A stretch of 64,000 nt of DNA from the human T2T-CHM13v2.0 reference genome, Homo sapiens. Within the stretch, counting starts at the first letter, position 1, and each line of letters starts with the position of its first letter. The position numbers and the translations under genes were made by a program. Positions 39,412 to 53,928 of the stretch are shown here, piece by piece. The DNA lies in the NCBI RefSeq assembly GCF_009914755.1, contig NC_060925.1. One strand, 5' to 3'. A model generated the notes under the pieces. It did no database searches. It was given only the letters and a program-made list of their open reading frames with translations, and was not told the DNA's origin.

Positions 39412-40437
39412 CTCCCTGCTTCGCCTGCTGGCGGGGCCTGGACACCAGGAGGAGGGGAGATGAGAAGAGACACCCACAGGCCATACCTCCTCCTCCTCCA
39501 CACCCACCCTAGGCCCTGGGTCCCTCCTCCTGCCTTGTTTCTGGTCCCTGGAGAAGAAGGTGGCAGGAAAAGGGGAACAGAGTGGGTGGGGGAGAGTGAG
39601 CCCTGGAATGAGAACTATGCGGCTCCTCTAATCCAGGTGCTCCCCAGCTCAACCGCCTCAACAGGTTCTCCAGGCCCTGCCCCAGCCCCAGGCACCAGGT
39701 TCCAGCCCTAGGGAGCAAGATCCCTAGTGTCAGAGCCCTACGGGGCAAGAGGCTCTCATGGGAAGAGAAGAGTCCACCTGTTCTCCCACCCTGCTCCACA
39801 GCTGGCCCACCTCTCCCGGGGCCAAGCATGGCTGGGACAGCTGGGATGAGCCATGGAGGTTAGGGGCAGAGGCTACTGCCTCCCACTCCCAGGACTGGCT
39901 GAGACCCCAGCCCCAGGCAACAAAGCAGAAAGGAAGATGTAGGCCTTCCCCAATCCCTTGCCGGGCTCCAGGACAGTGAGTCCCGGGTCTCAGAACCTGG
40001 CTGCCCCTTATGGGAAAGGACAAGGTCCAGATCAATTGGATCAGATTTTGTGCAGCTCTCCCAACACACCCCGCCACACCCTGCTAGCCTCTCCTCCCTT
40101 ATTCCCATCCCTAAATACACAGCAGGACCCAAGAACACCCCCACCCACACATCGTTACCTAAGGCGGGGGCCAAGCCCAGTTACAGCCCAGCTGGAGTCG
40201 GACTCTGGACACAGCAGCAGACTGCCAGAGGGCACATGCGTCACCCTCTCACCCCAGGACAAAAGACACTTTCTAAGCGGATACAGCCTTCTGAATAACA
40301 GGATATGAGGGGAGCAGGCGGATCTGGATCTACTCTGTGAGTCACGGCCCATGCCCAAAACCCCCCCACATCAACCCCAGGCAAATCAGACTCCCTTCCC
40401 ACCCCCAAGCCCAGGAATGTGCTCCAGTCACCCTCAC

Positions 40438-40670
40438 CCGGCGGGTCCTGGTGAAAGGAGATGGACAAAACAGGGTCACAGCCACCATAGGGGCCTGAGC
40501 AAGCCACAGTCAGATTTGGAAGGAAAGGCTGCTCGGTCAGGCCCCACCACAGCCTCCTGTCCTGCCACCTGCTTTCCGTTGGCCACTTGTGGCCATTCCT
40601 ACTCCCATGCCGGCTGCCCTGCCCTCTCCAGCCAGCCTGCCAATCACTCTCGCCCCGCCCAAGCCACGCC
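40438..40670 (-). promoter_or_regulatory. S100A16: Candidate alternative S100A16 promoter and non-coding first exon
   Basis: Donor GGG|GTGAGG (GT at 40436-40437), CCAAT at 40640-40644, GC box CCCCGCCC at 40653-40660 and KLF-like GCCACGCC at 40663-40670. Another donor TAG|GTAACG has its GT at 40157-40158. Confidence 0.5.
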
Positions 40671-43168
40671 TCCGAAGGAAGCCTGCCTTGACCCCTGCAC
40701 TGGGTGCCATCCTCCCTGACTCCCACAGACGTGTCTGTCATCACCACTCAGCTAGCACTGGCTGGGGCCCACTAACTGGTGAGGCCACGGTGTCTTTCTG
40801 GGTCCTGTCTTGTTCCTTGAGACAAGCATAGTTTTTCTTACACATGGCCAATGTATTTTCTGAACCAAGCGGCGGGACTCAGACTTTAGGACAGTTTTTT
40901 CAATCCTGGATATACACCACCCCCTGCTTTTAATCTCTGCATCTCTCCAGCCCACATTGCCTGGTCCAGTGCCTTGCTCAAGGTACACGTTCTATAAATA
41001 TTCCACCTCCTTCCAGCCCTGATAACGGGTATTGCACGTCCTTGACCACCTTTTAAGCTTTTTCTTTCATGAAGCCTCTTCTGAAGGAAGGGTGGGACCA
41101 GGAGGGAACAGGCCAGGAAGCAAGAAGGAAGGAGAGTTGAGAGGAAGAGTCAGGCTGCGGCTTCTCTGAAGGGAAATCCTGCCCTTGTCTTCCCTCCTCC
41201 GCCTGCCCAAACCCTCTGGTCCTTGGCTGGGAGGATGGAGCAGAGTACCAGGATGGCAGGAAGCCACACGCTTTTCCATATTCTTTTATTTAAGTGTGTA
41301 ACTGCGTGGTTCCCTGTCTATACCGCTGCAAGACTTTCATACAAACACTTTAACATTTACAGTTGAAGAGGAAGACCATTGTTCAACCTGTGGTCTGTCT
41401 GCTGTGCTGCCCTTGGGTTGGAGGTGGCTCAGGTTCATGACCAGTGTTCCAGGTGATTCTGAAAACCGTGCCCATTTCTGGAAGGACTGTGCCAAGTCCA
41501 CTCCCAACCAAGACTTGGAAGTGGGAAGATAATTCAGAGAAACTCCCCACACTTAACCATCCCAATCCTTGTTCCCTAAATGAGGGATCTTGTGGGAAAC
41601 GGTCAGGGAGAGGAAGAGGGAAGGAAATGGGTGGTGCACCTCCCTCTGCCACTCTCCCCACAAGCTAGCCCACCTCTCCCACCACCTGCCTCCTTGGAGT
41701 CATTTCTCTGAGCTGTCTCCTCCTGGCCTTCCTCAATACCATGACTCAACCCCTGCTTGGCCTCTGGCAGCAGCCAAGTGGCCAAGACACAGATGAGCCC
41801 CAGAGATGACTCTGCCACCTGCTCCCAGGAGTACTGGGAGACCCAGAGCGGGAGCTCCAGTGCCTCAGGGCTTCAGCTCCCAGCCCCTCCTCCCAGGAAT
41901 CCACCCGCTCCCCACCTTCGGTAAAATGGACAGTGCTGGAGATAACCATCTGACAAGTGCTTTTCTGGAGCTTTTTCTGAAGGAAGGATAGGGTAGCAGG
42001 CAGGCAGGGATCGTTATCCTCCTCTGCCTCCCTCCCCTGGAGGCCAGGAGACAGGATCTGCCACCCCACCCACCCCACAAGCCACCTGCTCCTCCCGCCT
42101 GCCCCATTCCCCCACCAGCCAGGCCCCGGGTCTCCTGGTTCAGGGGTCGGGCAGATGTTCTATCCCATCAGCCGCTTCCTAGAAAGGTCAAGCAGGAGGT
42201 CGTTCCTGCATTGGCCCTGCCACAGGTAGATCCTGGCCTGAGTGGACAGTGTACACAGGAGCCTTCCAGAAATGTGGGAATGGGAGGACCACGTGTCCTC
42301 CAATGGGCCCTCTCACCTCAGGCCTCCAGCCCTACCCCAATGTTCTCATTGTCTTCCCCTTGGCTGATTCATCATTGAGCAACAAGCAGTCTCCCACCCC
42401 CACCCCACCCACCTCAGCCCAGCTTGCTGACTTCTCCAAAAGCCCAAATTGCCCTGACTCCATGCCCCTGGATCCCAGCCACTCCAGCCCCACCCTCCCA
42501 CCCCCAGGTTCTGGGCTCCACGCCCTCCAAATGCCTCCTAACCACCCCTAGCATCCCCAGGCTCCTTCCGTCTGGAGCTCCAAACATCCACCACACCGTC
42601 CTAAGTCCACCTTCTCTTCTCACCCCACAGACACCTCTGGAGTCTTAAGTTTTTTCCAAGTGTTGGGATGTGTCCCTAGACTCCTGTCCCTCCTGGTCAC
42701 TGTTCTCTCCAGAGCCTAGCCCACTGTCAAGCCTAAGTATGGATTCTCTGTGTCCCTTCCATCTACCTGGAATTCATTTGCTCACTTAGGCACCATGAGT
42801 TTGCTTACTCATTCATTTATTGGCTCATTCATTCACTCTCATTCATTCACTTGCTCATTCAATAATGCATTCACTCTCTTGCACATTCATTCATTCATTC
42901 CCTTTTTCATTTACTCATTTGTCCTCTCTAACTTCAATATATAGGGAAGGTGCCATCCGAACTGGGCTGACAATGCCACCTCTATCAGCAAGGCTGTTTC
43001 AAATGAAATTTCTCCAGCCTCAGCTGTTCCATTCTCTGCTCCTTCCTGTGTTCTTTCTCCAATTCCACAAGGCCCTCTCCAGGAACAGCTCCCGGAGCAT
43101 AGTGGGGCCTGCTTGGCCCTGCCTCACCCCTTACCATCCTCACAGGATTCTGCGTCTAACTCTCTTTG

Positions 43169-43213
<45 letters not shown>

Positions 43214-44211
43214 GAGCAAGGACCTCGGCCATTCCTGATCCCCTCTGCTTGGGTGACCCATCACCCTTCCACTCACTTCAGTTCTTGGAGCAAGAAGCCA
43301 GCCTCTGAAATTTTTCCAGGCAAGTGAAGTTGGAGGAGTTCAGTGTGGATCTTGCCCCCGCCTCCCCCAACACACACACAGCTACCCCAGCCTCAACAAC
43401 ACTTACTAGAATGTGGGGAAAGGCAGAGCCAGCTCCCCAGCACCCCTGCCCTCACCACCATCCCCACTGGGCTGGGCAGGGGAAGGCTCCCATAGTGCAG
43501 GTGGCTCTGCCAAGAAAAGCAGCTCAAGCCGGGGCCTGCCTGGGTCCTGAGGTGGAGGAGCTGCCGAGGTTCAGCCCCCCTCTCTCTATCTTTCCCTCTC
43601 CCAGGGAGCTTGCAGGCTCCCCACAGCCTCACTCGGGTTCCTCCCAGATCTCATCATCCCTCTCAAGGAACAGCTCCTGGAACACAGTGGGGTCTGCTTG
43701 GGTCGTGAGGTAGAGGGGACGCCACCTCAGCCCCCGCCTCCTCTTCTCGGAATCTCAGGCTCCCTGGAAACTGCCTGGTTCCTTCTGGACCCCATCACCT
43801 CCCCTAGGACACAGCTCCCAGAGCCCAGCAAGGCCTGTGTCCAAGCTCTGACCACCCCCAACCCAGACCAACACGCATTTGTCCTCTCCTTTTGGGGAGG
43901 ATCGAGTAGCTGTGGTCAAAGCTTCCAAATACTCTGCCCCTGGAGAGGAGCTCCGTCAGCTGCTGCGGCAGGGAGGGGGTCTCACCATCCCATCCATCCC
44001 TCTAAAGGCCTCACCCAGCCCCCAACCCCCCAGGACTCCCCATTCCTAAACTGGCCTGTGGGAGAAAGTTAATAATTACCAAAATCTTCCTGCCTGCTCT
44101 CTGGCAGGCCCCTCTCCCCAGGCCCCCTTCACTGCCCCTTCTCCTGGCCTCCCAATACTGTGGGGCCCTCCGGCAGCCGAAGACCTCCCAGGCCGGGCCC
44201 AGGGTGCTCAC

Positions 44212-44430
44212 CTGCTGCCTCAGTCTGCCTCCTCTCCAGCAGGGCTCTGGGGCCTGGGCTCTGGCACTGCCAAGCAGCTCCCTGCGCTCAGCCCAGCCGG
44301 GACTCCTCCCCGCTGCACTCCCAGAATCTGTCCCACTCCCTCCCAGCCCTGCCCGCTGAGCTGGCTCGGTGGGGAGATAGTGGCTGAGCTCCTTCTTGAC
44401 TTGGCCCTGGGGTTGGGCCCTTGTTAAAGG
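44212..44430 (-). promoter_or_regulatory. S100A16: S100A16 distal promoter and non-coding exon 1
   Basis: Strong donor CAG|GTGAGC with the exon ending at 44212. GC-rich exon, with an AT-rich TTTAACAA element near 44421-44428. The transcription start site (TSS) is approximate. Confidence 0.7.
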
Positions 44431-45534
44431 GATACACACCTTTTTTCACACCCCTCTACCCCCATCCCAGAGGGAGTGGTGAAAACTGGCACTCCCCCAA
44501 CCCCACCCTCCCAGCCCCGCAGGGGCTGAGCAGAACCTGACAGGGTAGAGAAAGGAAGGGAAGGACTATCACCTGCCTTTCTCACCTGGGTCACTGGGAT
44601 CCCAGTTTCAGGGGCTCCCAACAGACAAGTTCAGTTAACATTCCAGGCCAGCCTAACTGGCCACAGAAACCTCCTTGCCACTGGGGTTTCAGGAGTAACG
44701 CCCGACTTCTGTGCTCAAATCAGAAGGCAGATGCCAGGGACCTGTCTGGCTCCCTGGTCTTCTGTCTCTAGTCTGACCCATCAGCTCTACTGAGACCCAG
44801 CCCTAAGATCCCTCATGTACACCAGAAGACTCCTCTGGAAACTCCCCACACCCCACCGTTTCCCTAAGATACCCAAGGAAACTGGCCAGCTCGACCTCCC
44901 TACACTAGGGCAGCAGCTGAAACCAAAGAGGGGCCCACTTGCCCACTCCAGCGGGAATGATATTGGGTCACTGGGCACTCACCATGTGTCAGGCTCTCTG
45001 TAAGTGCTTTACATGATGTGTGGCATTGTCCTCCTGGCAATCCTGTGGAAGTAATATTCATATCCCCCATTTTACAGATGAGGAAACTGATACTAAGAGC
45101 ATGCCCAAAATTCCAATGATAAGTGGCAGATCTGAGATTCAAACTCAGGCCAGTCAGCCTGTTTCTAACCGCCCCCCACCCCCACCCACCCCATTTCCCT
45201 GGTTGTGCCAGCCAGGGCTCAGAACACCTGGACTAATATCCTTTTCCCCAAGTGTGCACACATACCCTCCTCTCCTATAAGAGGGCCCGCCCATTGGCAA
45301 AGAGGAGCCTGTCCCTCAGAGAGGACCATGTTGCCCTTTTGGACCTGGTACCACCCTCAACCCAAACCCATAGGGAAAAGTGAGTCCCCATTCACTTCCA
45401 CAGCCAACCACTCCAGCCCCACGTGCCCCACCCTACCAATGACTTTGCCTTTCACCCCCAAGCTCCTCTCACCCGTGGACCCTCAGGGAGGGGGTGTCCA
45501 GTCAAGACAACATGTTTCACTTTTTTCATTTTTT

Positions 45535-45540
45535 TTTATT
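45535..45540 (-). terminator. S100A14: S100A14 polyadenylation signal (AATAAA)
   Basis: TTTATT on +, about 600 nt downstream of the S100A14 stop. Confidence 0.85.
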
Positions 45541-46144
45541 AATCAAATGATACAAAACAACCATCATTCTGTCAATGCCCAAGCACCCAGCTGGTCCTCT
45601 CCCCACATGTCACACTCTCCTCAGCCTCTCCCCCAACCCTGCTCTCCCTCCTCCCCTGCCCTAGCCCAGGGACAGAGTCTAGGAGGAGCCTGGGGCAGAG
45701 CTGGAGGCAGGAAGAGAGCACTGGACAGACAGCTATGGTTTGGATTGGGGAAGAGATTAGGAAGTAGGTTCTTAAAGACCCTTTTTTAGTACCAGATATC
45801 CAGCCATATTCCCAGCTCCATTATTCAAATCATTTCCCATAGCCCAGCTCCTCTCTGTTCTCCCCCTACTACCAATTCTTTGGCTCTTACACAATTTTTA
45901 TCCCTCAAATATTCATCCCTGGCCCAACCAGTCCCCTGAGCCTCCCTCTGGTGGAGACTCCTCCACCCATGAGCTCCCCAGAGCATCCAAGACAGAGTGC
46001 ACAGAGACCTGGGGAAGGAAGCTGAACTTTGCAGAGATGAGGACAGGTGCAGGCTAGGGTACAGGGTGGTGGTAGAGGAGACAAGTTTTATCTCCAGGCC
46101 CACAGTCTCTCCCCAACACCCCCCAAGAATTCCAGAGGGAGTTC

Positions 46145-46282
46145 TCAGTGCCCCCGGACAGGCCTCTCCAGCTTCACACTCTTGGCCGCTTCTCCAATCA
46201 GCTCCCAGAAACTCCTGAACTCCAGTTTAGAGTCATTGCAGCTGCCCAGGTTGGCAATTTTCTCTTCCAGGCCACAGTTGCT
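46145..46282 (-). CDS. S100A14: S100A14 last coding exon
   Basis: Encodes [47 protein letters not shown] acceptor at 46283-46284, TGA at 46145-46147. Confidence 0.96.
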   Translation of the reverse strand, partial: SNCGLEEKIANLGSCNDSKLEFRSFWELIGEAAKSVKLERPVRGH

Positions 46283-46494
46283 CTGAGGGGAGTGAAGAAA
46301 CCATGGCTCAGGGATGCAGCACCTTCCAATCTTCCCACCCCACCCTGCCCACGGGCAGACAGCAGGAGCAGAGGCTACCTAGCACTGGCAAGGGGGAAGA
46401 GCTGGGGGTTGCAAGTGCCAGTGTGGGTGGGGTCCCGGAGCACTTGCTTGGGAAGTCAGGGTACTGGCTGAGGTGGGGTGTGCTCCGTCCATAC

Positions 46495-46641
46495 CGGCAT
46501 GAGATGGGGCAGCTGCTGGGTGACCAGGTCCCGTAGCTCAGAAGGGGTCAGCGTCTCCTTCCCACCCTCCACGGAGTACTGGTGAAAGTTCTTGATGAGG
46601 GTCTCAATGGCCCTCTCCACATCACTGAATTCCTGAGCATC
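46495..46641 (-). CDS. S100A14: S100A14 middle coding exon
   Basis: Encodes [51 protein letters not shown] at 46642-46643, GT at 46493-46494; phase 0 at both ends. Confidence 0.96.
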
Positions 46642-47088
46642 CTGAGGGCAGGGGACATCACAAACATCAGTGAAGCTCCATGCACCCCAAAACCCTGCTT
46701 CTCCAGGAGCCTAGCAAAGCCCCCAGGGCAGAAGGCAGCTGGAAGGCACACAGCTCCCACCCACTCCAGAGCCCAGAATCTAGCCCCTCTCCCCCACCCC
46801 CTGCTCGGCCTCCAGGCCACAGCAGCTACAGGTTGGGGAAGGCTTCCCTCCCCACACCCCCCACCGCAGGCAGAGCAGGTCCCAGCATGCACCCAGGCAT
46901 CCTCTTCCCAGGAGGACTCCATCTGCATCACCCTGTGTGGGCCTCAGAAGAGGGTTCACATCTCACTCACAGGGTCTGGGGTGCAGGGCAAGGCCAAGGT
47001 GAAGGGCAGAAGTCAGTGGGGGGACATAGACCCTCAGGGTGAAGGAGAGGAGTGTGGGAGCAGAAAGGCCAGGAGTGAATGAGCCCAC

Positions 47089-47118
47089 CTCTGCGTTGGC
47101 TGACCGACACTGTCCCAT
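47089..47118 (-). CDS. S100A14: S100A14 first coding exon (MGQCRSANAE)
   Basis: Kozak-context ACCATGG with ATG at 47118, GT donor at 47087-47088, acceptor AG at 47197-47198. The three exons total 104 aa, matching known S100A14. Confidence 0.95.
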
Positions 47119-47554
47119 GGTGCTCACTGTGTCTGGTCCTTTGGTGAGAGTTCTGTTGTCCTATAGCTGGCCCCAGAGGAGCTGATGGCTCATGATCTGC
47201 TTAGAGGAGGGGGTAGGCCTGAGCTGAGGAGAGAGTCTAGCATTTCTTTCTCAGCTGCCCCCTTTGGCTCCATCTCAGATATTCTGTGCCTCACCAGGGG
47301 TTCAAAACCAACACCACATAGGCCCAGGCCCCGCCTGGGCTTCAGGAGCCAAGGTCATATCCCCCAGGCCAACGCATCTAGGGGGAATCCCTTGGAACTC
47401 ACCTTAGCTTAATTCTTTCCACCTCCTCCAACCACCCACCTCTGCTTGAAACACACACACCAACCTCCAGGATCTGATCCCCCAGCTCTTACCCTAAGTG
47501 TGCCCTCTGGACAGCAGGCAGTATATTTGGGTGAAAAGCCTTGGGTTTCCTTAC

Positions 47555-47614
47555 CTGTTGGCAGCCGCTGAGACAAGACAGGAGGAGCCAGCTCACCTGA
47601 GCTCAGCTCTTATA
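47555..47614 (-). promoter_or_regulatory. S100A14: S100A14 TATA box and short non-coding exon 1
   Basis: TATAA(GAG) at 47610-47614 on -. Donor CAG|GTAAGG with the exon ending at 47555. Confidence 0.8.
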
Positions 47615-48014
47615 CCTGGGGGAAGGGAGGGGAGGCAGGGGGCTGGGCCTAAGCCACCCCTGCTATTGCAGCAGCCTGGGCTATGAGCCAGCTTTATGGG
47701 CCCCACCCTCCGCTGGCCAGAGTTCCAGAGCCTACCATGACCCTGCCACGAGGAGGGAGCCACAGAGGGCTGGGGCTGGGAAACCCCTGGCCTCCGATCA
47801 GCATGCAGAGTCACAGAGAAAGAGAAGCGAGAAGGCTGGGGAGACAGAGAGGACTTCGAGACCTCATGGGGTCACCCTAGGAAGTGGAAGGGCCCTGGCG
47901 AACTGCAGGGCAGGGAAGGAGAGGGGGTCTGAATCTGTGACCAGGAAGGAGAAGCAGGAGCCTCTGTACCCTCCATGTGTGTCTGTCTGTCTCTCTCTCT
48001 CTCTCTCTCACGTG

Positions 48015-48045
<31 letters not shown>

Positions 48046-48679
48046 ACTTCTCCCAGTCAGGCCCAGCTTGGATACTGACACTCAAGCCTGCCTGGATCCC
48101 AGAGCCCAGCCTTTACCAGTCCTGGAGGCAGAGAGATGAATGTAGAGAACTTGGATCAGGAGGAAGCCAGAGAAGGGCAGCCTGATGGAGGGAGGCAGAT
48201 TGAGTGAGTGTTTGCCTGACCTCCCTTCAGCTCCCCTCAGCGGCCCAGAGTGCACAAATGCAAGGCCCACTTGAGCTGCTTGGCAGCTAACACCAACTCC
48301 AAACTGGTCGGGCCACGTGTTTCTCTCTCCCTCCCTCAGAGCCCCATGCCTTCCCTAACCCAGCTGCAGAGCAACAGCCCCCCATCCAGGACCCAGAATG
48401 ACATCCCAGAGAGCCCAACCCCAGTGGCCCTCCTCACCTGCCCAGGCCCAGACACCTAGAACCTGAAGTCACTGGGAGGGGGTAGGAAGAAGGGCAGAGC
48501 AGTAGGCATGAGTCAGGGCAAGGATGGGGTGCGGCCCAGAGCCAAAGTTCCCAGGATCCTTTCCTAAACGCTGAGATCAGAGCACACCCCACTACATCCC
48601 TCCTCATGTCACCTTCTCAACCTGGGGCCCTGTGTGTCTCAATGGAGAGGACCTTCCAACAATGTCTCATTCTGAGAGT

Positions 48680-48960
48680 TCCTCTGAAGGGCTTCAACCT
48701 GCAGGTCCCTCTGAGGGTCTCTCAGCCTGTGGGTTCCTCTGAGAGTGACTTAGCCTGGGTTCCTCAGGAGGAGGCTCAGGCTAGGGGGTTCCTCACAGGG
48801 CTTCTCACGGTAAGGGAGCCCTTCAGTGCAGGAGCCCCTCTTGAATGTCTCTGCCAATGGCCCTTTGGATTCCCAGTCTGGGAGTCTCTCTGAGGTCTCA
48901 GTCTGGGGCTCTCTAACGGAGGGTCAGGGAGCTCCCTCAGCCTAAAGGTTCCTCTGGACT
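48680..48960 (-). repeat. Degenerate ~25-30-nt tandem array (CTGAGACCCNCAGAGGRNCCCAG-like on -)
   Basis: Units read on -: ctgagagaccctcagagggacctg, ctaagtcactctcagaggaacccacagg, ctgagcctcctcctgaggaacccagg, ctgagacctcagagagactcccaga. Confidence 0.6.
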
Positions 48961-49576
48961 CATAGCTGCCCTGCATGGATGCCTGCCAGTGAGGCAGTGA
49001 CAGCCCTGGGAGGCTGGTCACCGAGATGCCCGCCCCTGCTCCCTCTGGTGGTGGCCGTGTACACCATATGCCCCTCAAGCCAGGAAGGCAAGGCAAGTTC
49101 TGCCTCCGGTGGCACCACCACACCCTCACCCCACGGTCCTTGAGCAGAACATCGGGCCCCTCCTTCTGGCTTCCCCACTGCTCCAGAGGGTAAGGGGAGG
49201 AGGCCCTAGTGTTCCTGAGCACCCAGCCAGAGAGGATCCTGGTTAATCAGAGCTCTGAAATCCACCTATTCTTGTCTTTATGACTTTAACTAAGATCTGT
49301 GTCCTGATCTTTAATACAGGAGTTAAAAATAGTGCCTTCCTCAAAGGACTGTGAGAATTAACTAAGACAATACAGGCAAAATGTTTAGCACTGCACCTGG
49401 TACTTAGTAAGCCCTCCATACCTGTTCACCACTATCATTGTCATCCAACGGACAAACTCCAAGAAAAAAGAAGCAGAGCAGGACCATGCAGCTGAGCCCG
49501 AGTCACCTCTCCTGCCCCACATCTCTGCCCCTACTTTTCTTTTTTCTTTTTGTTTTGTTTTGTTTTTTGTTTTTGA

Positions 49577-49681
<105 letters not shown>

Positions 49682-50083
49682 TGAGTAGCTGGGATTACAG
49701 GCACCAGCCCAGCTAATTTTTGTATTTTTAATAGAGATGAGGTTTAGCCATGTTGGCCAAGCTGGTCTCGAACTCCTGACCTCAAGTGATCCACCCACCT
49801 CAGCCTCCCAAAGTGCTAGGATTACAGGCGTGAGCCACTGTGCCCAGCCCTCTGCCTCTACTTTTCATATATTCATTCAACCATTTATTGGGCACCTGCT
49901 CTGTACAAGACCTGGTGCTAGATGCTGCGGAATTCAAAGATGAATAACATTCCCTGTCCTCAAGGGGCTCATAATTTTCAGATCCATCCTCAGGTCAAGA
50001 GAGAGCTTTCCCACTCTCTGGTCTCAAGAAAAGAAATCAGGATGGGGTGTAAGTAAGAAACATTTGTGTTTCAAGGAGGAAGC

Positions 50084-50089
50084 TTTATT
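50084..50089 (-). terminator. S100A13: S100A13 polyadenylation signal (AATAAA)
   Basis: TTTATT on +, about 70 nt past the stop. Confidence 0.85.
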
Positions 50090-50158
50090 TGGGAAGAGTG
50101 CGGTTCTGCTCGGCCCTGATCAGCTCTGCCCTGCCCACCCCATCTCAGCCAGGCGGCT

Positions 50159-50302
50159 TTACTTCTTCCTGATCTTCAGGTCTTTCTTCTTCCTGATTTC
50201 CTTGGCCAGCTCCCCAATCAATCTCCAGTACTCATTGAACTTGAGCTCCGAGTCCTGATTCACATCCAAGCTCTTCATCTTCTCATCAAGAGAGCCCACA
50301 TC
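50159..50302 (-). CDS. S100A13: S100A13 last coding exon
   Basis: Encodes DVGSLDEKMKSLDVNQDSELKFNEYWRLIGELAKEIRKKKDLKIRKK*, including the basic C-terminal tail. AG at 50303-50304, TAA at 50159-50161. Confidence 0.97.
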   Translation of the reverse strand, partial: DVGSLDEKMKSLDVNQDSELKFNEYWRLIGELAKEIRKKKDLKIRKK

Positions 50303-51198
50303 CTGAGGAGACACCAAAGGGAAGGGTAGAGTTAGAAACTGGGGTTCTTGAGAAAGTAGGGAGGGAAGAACTGTCAGCTGCTATTCTCTCAAGGCCCTTC
50401 CCTCAGAGAGCAGTGGCACCTGCCCCTTCTCTAAAGAAGGAGGCTGCAGCCCCAAAACTGCACCGCCACGGGGTGCCTCTCCAAGGAGCACCAGCAGAGA
50501 AAGGTGGGGGGGCCTGAGTCCTAGTGCTTGCCGTTGTGTAAATACTTCCACGATGGCTGCTTACAAACCACAAACAGGTTGTCGCTGAATACAAAGCTGG
50601 AAAGAAATCCACACAATCTTCTCTCACCAGCACACCACTGCAGCTGCTGTGGGATCGGCCCAAGGAATGCCAGCATCTCAGGGAGATGCTGCAGGGTTGG
50701 ACCCAGTCAGAGCCTTCTGGGGCCACCCTCCTCTTTCTCAGAAAGCTGGAGAAGCTCCCAGTACTTAGCTGCTCATTTGCACAACCCTTGTGTCTTTTCA
50801 TTTATCCAGCTGGGTCACTAGATCAGGGGAATGGCAAGGGCATGGAGTATCTGGGTTTTTAGGGGCCCTTGACAGGGTATCTCTCATAGGCCTGTGAAAT
50901 CAATGGCAACAGTAAACTGGATGTCCTGATCGAAGGACCTGTTGCCAGATAAACAAGCACAACCAAAAAGTTGACTGTTGAACAATAGTTCAACATCAAA
51001 CCAGAGAAGGGTGCCTCAGGCAGGGTGTGAGGCTCAAGGTTTGAACCAACATTTGGATGCAGACAGAGAAGACTCACTGAATCTCTAAAGGGAACAAAGC
51101 TGATTCACAGAAGAACTAAAAAAGACTTTTTTTTAAGTTACAACCACGTTTAATTATAAAATACTATAAGCACTGCCAGTGGAAGGCAAGGATGGCTA

Positions 51199-51628
<430 letters not shown>

Positions 51629-51781
51629 TCAGAAGAATCGCTTGAGTGTGGGAGGCAGAGGCTGTAGTGAGCCGAGATCAAGCCACTGCCCTCCAGCCTG
51701 GGTGACAGAGTGAGACTATCTAAAAAAAAAAAAAAAAAGAGCTGTGACAGAAACAAAACAAAGGCCAAATACCAAATACCA

Positions 51782-52264
51782 TACCAGTATCAGTGGGTTC
51801 CACAGCCCTGGATTCAACCAACCTAGAACCAAAAATATTTGAAGAAAAAAATCCACAAAGTTCCAAAAAGCAAAACTTAAATTTTGCCCCATGCTAAGTA
51901 CTAAGTTGAATCCATGTGAATGAAGTGATGAGTAGGCACTGCATTATGTATTACAAGTAACCTAGAGTTACTTGTAATTTAAAGTATACAGGAGGATGTG
52001 CATAGGTTATATGCAAGTACTATCTGATTTTATATAAGGGATTTGAGGCCAGGCATGGTGGCTCACACCTGCAATCTCAGCACTTTGGGGAGGCCAAGGT
52101 GAGAGGATCGCTTGAGCCCAGGAGTTCAAGACCAGCCAGGGCAACATTGTGAGACACCCATCTCTACAAGAAAAGGACAAAAAAAGGTAATTGAGCATCC
52201 AAGGATTTTGGCATCCAAGGGGGTTCTGGGAACAATTCCCATGGATACAAAATGACAACTATAT
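51782..52264. mobile_element. TcMar-Tigger DNA transposon remnant (Tigger3/MER2-like) with an inserted Alu monomer
   Basis: gtatacaggaggatgtgcataggttatatgca...ttgagcatcc...ggattttgg is typical of this family. The Alu monomer lies at ~52047-52185. Confidence 0.65.
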
Positions 52265-52400
52265 ATTTCATATTATACCACAGGGATATTAAAAAAAACC
52301 TTGAATAAATAGAAAATGGAATAAACATATATTTTTCTTAAAGAGAAAGGCTCAATCAGCTAAAAATGTTGATTTTCCCTAAAATATATCTTTTATATGA

Positions 52401-52984
<584 letters not shown>

Positions 52985-53414
52985 CTACTAAAAATGCAAA
53001 AATCAGCCAGGCATGGTGATGCACGGTTCAAGAATCGCTCGAACCCAAGAGGTGGAGGTTGCAGTGAGCCGAGATCACACCACTGCACTCCAGCCCAGCC
53101 TGGGTGACAGAGTGAGACCTCGTCTCAAAAAAATTAAAAAAAAAAAAAATTGAAGTTCCATTTCACTCAGAATTATATAAGCGTAAATCAGAAAAAGATA
53201 TCATTTTCACATCATAGATTAGCAAAAAGTAAAAGCTCAATAACACCCAGTTTGGACAAGTACACAGGCATCGCATGAAGTGTGGGTAGCCATATAAACT
53301 GGTACAACTTTTTTAGGAGGCAAATTGGTAATCACAAAAATTAAAAATGAAAGCTGGTCTCGGTGGCTCACCCCTGTAATCCCAGCACTTTGGGAGGCCG
53401 AGGCAGGCAGATCA

Positions 53415-53690
<276 letters not shown>

Positions 53691-53693
53691 TTA

Positions 53694-53927
<234 letters not shown>

Positions 53928-53928
53928 T

